Shown in pieces: positions 59,576-64,000 of a stretch of 64,000 nucleotides of DNA; position 1 is the first letter of the stretch, and every line of letters starts with the position of its first letter. The notes beneath the pieces are model-generated. The model did not search any database. It was given only the letters and a program-made list of their open reading frames with translations, and was not told the origin of the DNA. Position numbers and translations under genes: made by a program. Source of the DNA: Microthyrium microscopicum (Eukaryota); contig MU004244.1 of the NCBI GenBank assembly GCA_010405405.1, positions 437,895 through 501,894 of the forward strand. The letters are read 5' to 3'.

Positions 59576-61825
59576 ATGGAGACCCCCGCCCGCCCCGTTC
59601 GTCGTTCAGGTCGTGCGTCAACTGCAAATAAGAAGTATTCGATAGATGCCTTCGAACAGTACAAAGATGCGCTTTACGCATCCGATGACTCTGGTTCCTC
59701 TGCCTCTGCGCCTATACACGTGTCTGACCACGATGAAGAAGCGGTCATCGAAGACATCGACCCTCTCGATGATGATTCTGATGAATTTGTCAATGAAGCT
59801 ATCGATGAAGTTGTCGATGGTTCTGTCGATGGAGAAGCCGACTTACGCGATCACACACCAACTGGAGAGCAATATCGCGGCATAGAAGTTGACTATGAAG
59901 GAAGTGATTCTGGCTCTGAAGAGCTGGGATTTGCCGCTCCATCACAACGAAAAGATCTGGTTGAGTACCTCAAAGACCGCGCCGAGGACATTGAAGAGAC
60001 CTCCCGTGGCCTACTGGACCTAGCTCAAAATTATAATCGAGACGATCGCGCCGTTACTATCGTCGGCAATTCAGAGGAAGACATCGTCCCTTTCATCAAA
60101 GCTCGGGATCGCTTCATGAATGCGTGGCATATCCCATCCGTTTTTGGTAAACCTCCTCGTGGAGGATCAGTAATGATATCTCCATACCACACAAAGGAGA
60201 AACGCGATTACGAGCTGAAGGAAGGCTGGGCCTGGTACTACGATCTTGGTGGTCGCAAAAAAATGCGCTCACTACAAACTGAAACAACCACAATCCGGAT
60301 CGCATCGAAAAGTCCTAGAGACTGGCCGGAGAACCAAAGTCCGTCGAGATTTCTTACTGGACCAGAGGGTGCTGAGAAGCTGAACGATCTTGCTCCAGGT
60401 GCTTGGATGCCGGTATCTCAAGCTCCAGATGAAAACGGTAAAAAGAGGAATGGATGGATTTTCAATTTCGGCGCGCAAGTTCAACTTCTGAGATGGGTCC
60501 CCAACAACGGTAGAACAGATCAGCTTCTTGCAGTGTCATCGAGACTGGAACTCGAGCAGCTCCGAGAGATATCAACAGCTGAAGAAGAAGCGCTGCCTTT
60601 GAACCTACATCGGCCTATGCCACGTGAAAATTCGTGGATCTACATTTATCAGATCAATGCTCGTGAAGAGAAGAAATTGGAAAGATTTATCAATCAGGAG
60701 GCTGAGCCGCATCTCCGCGCTGTTCTTCAGTTTGAATGGAATGAGCTGCGAAGTTTCGAATGGTGTCCTGCACCAGTACGCACTGATGAACCAGATGACG
60801 ATGAAATTTGCCATCTGGGATTGGCTGTGACTACTTGGTTGGACGGATATGTGCGAGTCCTTGATTTATCCATCCCGACGGATGAAGAAGAAACTCCTTT
60901 TATCCATATCAAAAAGGCTGCATTTGAAGTTCGCCCCCCAAACGCAGTCTGCACATGCGCCACCTGGCTCTCTCCTGATCAGATCGCAGTCGGTCTTTCG
61001 AATGGCAGCGTAGCAATCTGGAACATACCCAAAGGAATTGGAAAAGGTAATCAACGACCTTGGTGGTGCCATTCCATGGGGCCTTCGTATATTATGAGTA
61101 TAACGTCGGGCTACCCATCCCGTCCGAATATCCTCTTTACCACCGGAGCAGATGGAATCCAAAGAATGTCGGATATTCGAAACCCTCAAGCCGAGACGGT
61201 TACAACGGCACGACATCGCATTCCTCAATCGGTCATAGCATGGTCTGATATTGCGCAAGCGCTCATCGCCACCGACGATAACTATCTACTCGAAGCTCAT
61301 TACTTACGCTACTTTCACGCAGTTATTGGCTTCCAACGGTATCCAGCTGTCATGCTGGACATTGCAACAAGTCCTATTCATCCATACACTCTTTCGGCCT
61401 GTGCGGATGGCATGGTAGGCTGTTCCAACATCATGGCTATCATGCGCAACAAGAGGAATGCACATACCAGACATCTCTGGTTTAGATGGGATTGGCGACG
61501 TCCTATTCCGGAGACCTTGATGACAGTCGATGATGTCAAAAAGGATGCGAAAGTCACGAAATCTGGAGTTCTTTCACAGCCTCTAGGTCGAATGCAGGAC
61601 GGCTTCGAACCTCAACTTACCTCACTAGACGATATGGACAGACCAAATGGTGGCACAAAGCACAAGGTATGGTCCACTATTCATGAGGCCAACAGCGCTG
61701 TTCAACGCGTGTGCTGGAACCCAAACGTTCGAGCTGGAACTTGGGCTGCTGCTGCTACTGCCACTGGTCTAATAAGGATTGAGAACATTGGAGTCAATGA
61801 AAAGGAAAATAGTGGTATTGATTGA
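59576..61825 (+). CDS. TFIIIC subunit Tfc6/tau91-like WD40 protein
   Basis: N-terminal RRSGR..KYSIDAF plus acidic tract; WD-type blades (EWCP, DGYVRVLD, CATWLSPDQIAVGLSNGSVAIW, TGADG..MSDIRNP); C-terminal VCWNPN..GTWAAAA.ATGLIRIE. Confidence 0.75.
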   Translation: METPARPVRRSGRASTANKKYSIDAFEQYKDALYASDDSGSSASAPIHVSDHDEEAVIEDIDPLDDDSDEFVNEAIDEVVDGSVDGEADLRDHTPTGEQYRGIEVDYEGSDSGSEELGFAAPSQRKDLVEYLKDRAEDIEETSRGLLDLAQNYNRDDRAVTIVGNSEEDIVPFIKARDRFMNAWHIPSVFGKPPRGGSVMISPYHTKEKRDYELKEGWAWYYDLGGRKKMRSLQTETTTIRIASKSPRDWPENQSPSRFLTGPEGAEKLNDLAPGAWMPVSQAPDENGKKRNGWIFNFGAQVQLLRWVPNNGRTDQLLAVSSRLELEQLREISTAEEEALPLNLHRPMPRENSWIYIYQINAREEKKLERFINQEAEPHLRAVLQFEWNELRSFEWCPAPVRTDEPDDDEICHLGLAVTTWLDGYVRVLDLSIPTDEEETPFIHIKKAAFEVRPPNAVCTCATWLSPDQIAVGLSNGSVAIWNIPKGIGKGNQRPWWCHSMGPSYIMSITSGYPSRPNILFTTGADGIQRMSDIRNPQAETVTTARHRIPQSVIAWSDIAQALIATDDNYLLEAHYLRYFHAVIGFQRYPAVMLDIATSPIHPYTLSACADGMVGCSNIMAIMRNKRNAHTRHLWFRWDWRRPIPETLMTVDDVKKDAKVTKSGVLSQPLGRMQDGFEPQLTSLDDMDRPNGGTKHKVWSTIHEANSAVQRVCWNPNVRAGTWAAAATATGLIRIENIGVNEKENSGID

Positions 61826-61956
61826 AGAGCTTCCCAGCTTCTTCTTCACGACATAATGAGAAGTGTCTCTGCTCAGTTTCACCTAGAACCTATCATACAA
61901 GGTATGCCAATAGCATTTCGATATCCCTCACGGCTTCAGAATTTCCAAGGACTTTC

Positions 61957-62689
61957 TCATCGAAACATTCCCGTGAGGTCCCTAGAATGTCGTCGAGCAA
62001 ATCCGGTGATGCTTCCAATTCTGGATCTACGCCTCCCTGTGCCAGCAGACGTGTCCTCCATCTGTTCCTCTACGATCTCCTCAGCTGGCTCCGGAATCCG
62101 AGCAACCGACACTGAAGCCTTCTTCCTTTTCTTCTTGCCGCTGTAGGCCACCTCCGGCGTGCTTGGCAATCCTTCCATGTACCCCGACACGCGCGCATTC
62201 ATCTGCTGATTTCGCTCAATCGCCGCAGACACCGGTCCTCCATCGTACGGCGGCGTGCTGATTTCTGATCCAGTGGAACTTGCGCGGCTCATCCGCCTAG
62301 CACCCGAGACACTGGTCGATAGGCTTGGTCGTCTGCTGAGTGGAACACCGATTGGAACGCCACGAAATCTGGCAAAATCGCCATGACCGTCACTGCTTGT
62401 GCTGGCTGCGCTGCTAACGCTGCCATGGCGATCAGAAGAGCCGCCGATTATCATGAACTCATGGTTGCTGAGGTCCCATCCGGCGCAGAATGGACAAAAG
62501 TCACAGCGAATCTCCTGCATGGCATTAGTATGCGACCCAGGCTCGACAAGGGAGTCAACTCACCCATCCTTCCAATGCCAGTTTACCGGGACAAGTGGTT
62601 AATGTTATGCCAGAAGCGCATGGTTGGATCATATGATACCATCTGTGCTTGCAGGGAGTGGTCGCGTGGTTCAGGTCGACAAGACACAT
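61957..62689 (-). CDS. small protein with N-terminal Cys/His-rich putative metal-binding domain and Ser/Arg-rich tail
   Basis: Exon 1 62689-62564 MCLVDLNHATTPCKHRWYHMIQPCASGITLTTCPGKLALEGW; intron 62563-62515 (GTGAGT..CTAAT..CAG); exon 2 EIRCDFCPFC.. to stop at 61957. Confidence 0.72.
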
Positions 62690-64000
62690 TTTCAGTGTTG
62701 TATTCGAGGTTCCAAGATGGTGACGATGTAATGGCGGAGAATTACTGGTGGCAGTTATTCTTTGTTTTGAGCCTCATGGGATGTTGTTTGTGGGGTAAGC
62801 GATAAGGCGTGGGTTCTTTGTGCTGTTACTTGATCTGCCTTCCCTGTTTCAAAGAAGTCGTACAAACGGCAGTCTGGACCAACAGAGGATTGACGTAGTC
62901 CAATGACAAACGACTTTGGAGCACGTTTTGATAACGATCGATTGGTTGTTGCCTATCTTGGTATAGGTGTGACCTGAAGGGAGATTGAGATAAGTCGAAT
63001 GGGCAAGTGCGATCTATTATCGAGATCGGATGCTGCGAGATATAAGATATCAGAATCAAAACAGCAAGTAGACTCGAGCAGTGGGATCTATAATGCAAGT
63101 GTGCGGTAAGCAGAACGCCTCATGCAATGCAGTAACTTTCAGCTTCCAAGGCAATGGTAATTCACAATCTGGAAGTATGACTGAACTAGAACTGCAAGGC
63201 GTCGGGAGTCTGCATACCTTTATCAATTCCTGGTCAACTTGATGTTGGGAACAACTGCTAGTTATGTTAGATCATGGTCTAAAACAATCATATCACTTTC
63301 TCCTTGGCTTAGCCAAGATCTTATCCGCCACGTCTCTTGGGCCGTTGATCGTCTCACAGTTCCAAGCTCTATTAGGCAAACAACCGTTTGTGATGAGATT
63401 ATTAGCCGCGAGCCGCCCGACTGCCTAGAACTTCCAAGTCAATAGTAAAGCGATCAAAGTACAATACTCAATATCAATCGTCCCAGCCAATTCTTATGGC
63501 TTGGAAAGTACAATTATTGATAGTGATCGTAAGTATCATCCATCTAGGCATGCAGAACGAATCCTAGAAGAACGCCATTGGACACGATATAATGTTACCA
63601 TTCAGCCGGGCTAGAGCTACTCCTGTGACCTAATCAACTTGGGTCCAAGATATCTTCAAAACCTAAATCGAGACTCTGTCGAATTGGCAGTGTTGCTCAA
63701 AAACAGGGGTTCACTTGGCCGCCAAGTCCCACAAAACCTTGATCTTCCATCAAAATTTCTCCCTTTCGAAGCGAAGCCGAACCAGAAGATCTCGACAGAA
63801 CTACATTTTTCTCTGAAATGGTTCCACAAGCACGAGGGTCGTCGCGAGCAATGAGGGGCAGAACGTGCAAGTCTGGTTGGTAAAATACCCCTTTCCGTCA
63901 TCACGGTGAGCATGCAAGCAGCTGGCAAGAAAAAAATCTCTGCCCTCTGCCAGCAGCATCATTGTCAGTATTATGATTCCGATCGCGCCGGCGGCTCAAA

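Noticed and set aside
1..64000. CRISPR arrays, tRNA/rRNA genes, telomeric repeats
   Set aside because: None recognised by eye; tRNAscan-SE and Infernal would be needed to exclude small RNAs.

Overview
Filamentous ascomycete (Pezizomycotina) genomic DNA, judged from short GT-AG introns with CTAAC-type branch points and RIP-mutated transposons. Conserved genes: ARP5, IES6 and ARP8 (three INO80 subunits), a RING-CH E3 ligase, cystathionine beta-synthase, CENP-H, an anoctamin/IST2-like channel, an HGGG-type esterase, an alkyltransferase-like ATL1 gene (only its last exon appears in the ORF track), the L-ornithine N5-oxygenase sidA with SreA-type GATA sites upstream, and a Tfc6-like WD40 protein. 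Two AT-rich blocks are fully resolvable RIP-mutated elements. One is a Ty1/copia (11662-18412, 153-bp LTRs, CACAC TSD). The other is a hAT DNA transposon (37661-49107, 11-bp TIRs, 8-bp TSD) carrying a nested chromodomain Ty3/gypsy (38662-47432, 318-bp LTRs). The most unusual region is an orphan island (9.4-31.2 kb) with two giant co-oriented membrane-protein genes. They share an N-terminal W-x2-S-[FL]-PICQ-x6-T-x-YC motif and an NK-x-FDF-x-GF motif. One of them combines a TM helix, a coiled coil, a Spt5-like KOW motif and five FxFG repeats, an architecture reminiscent of a membrane-anchored FG nucleoporin. All family assignments come from motif recognition by eye; no database searches were run.
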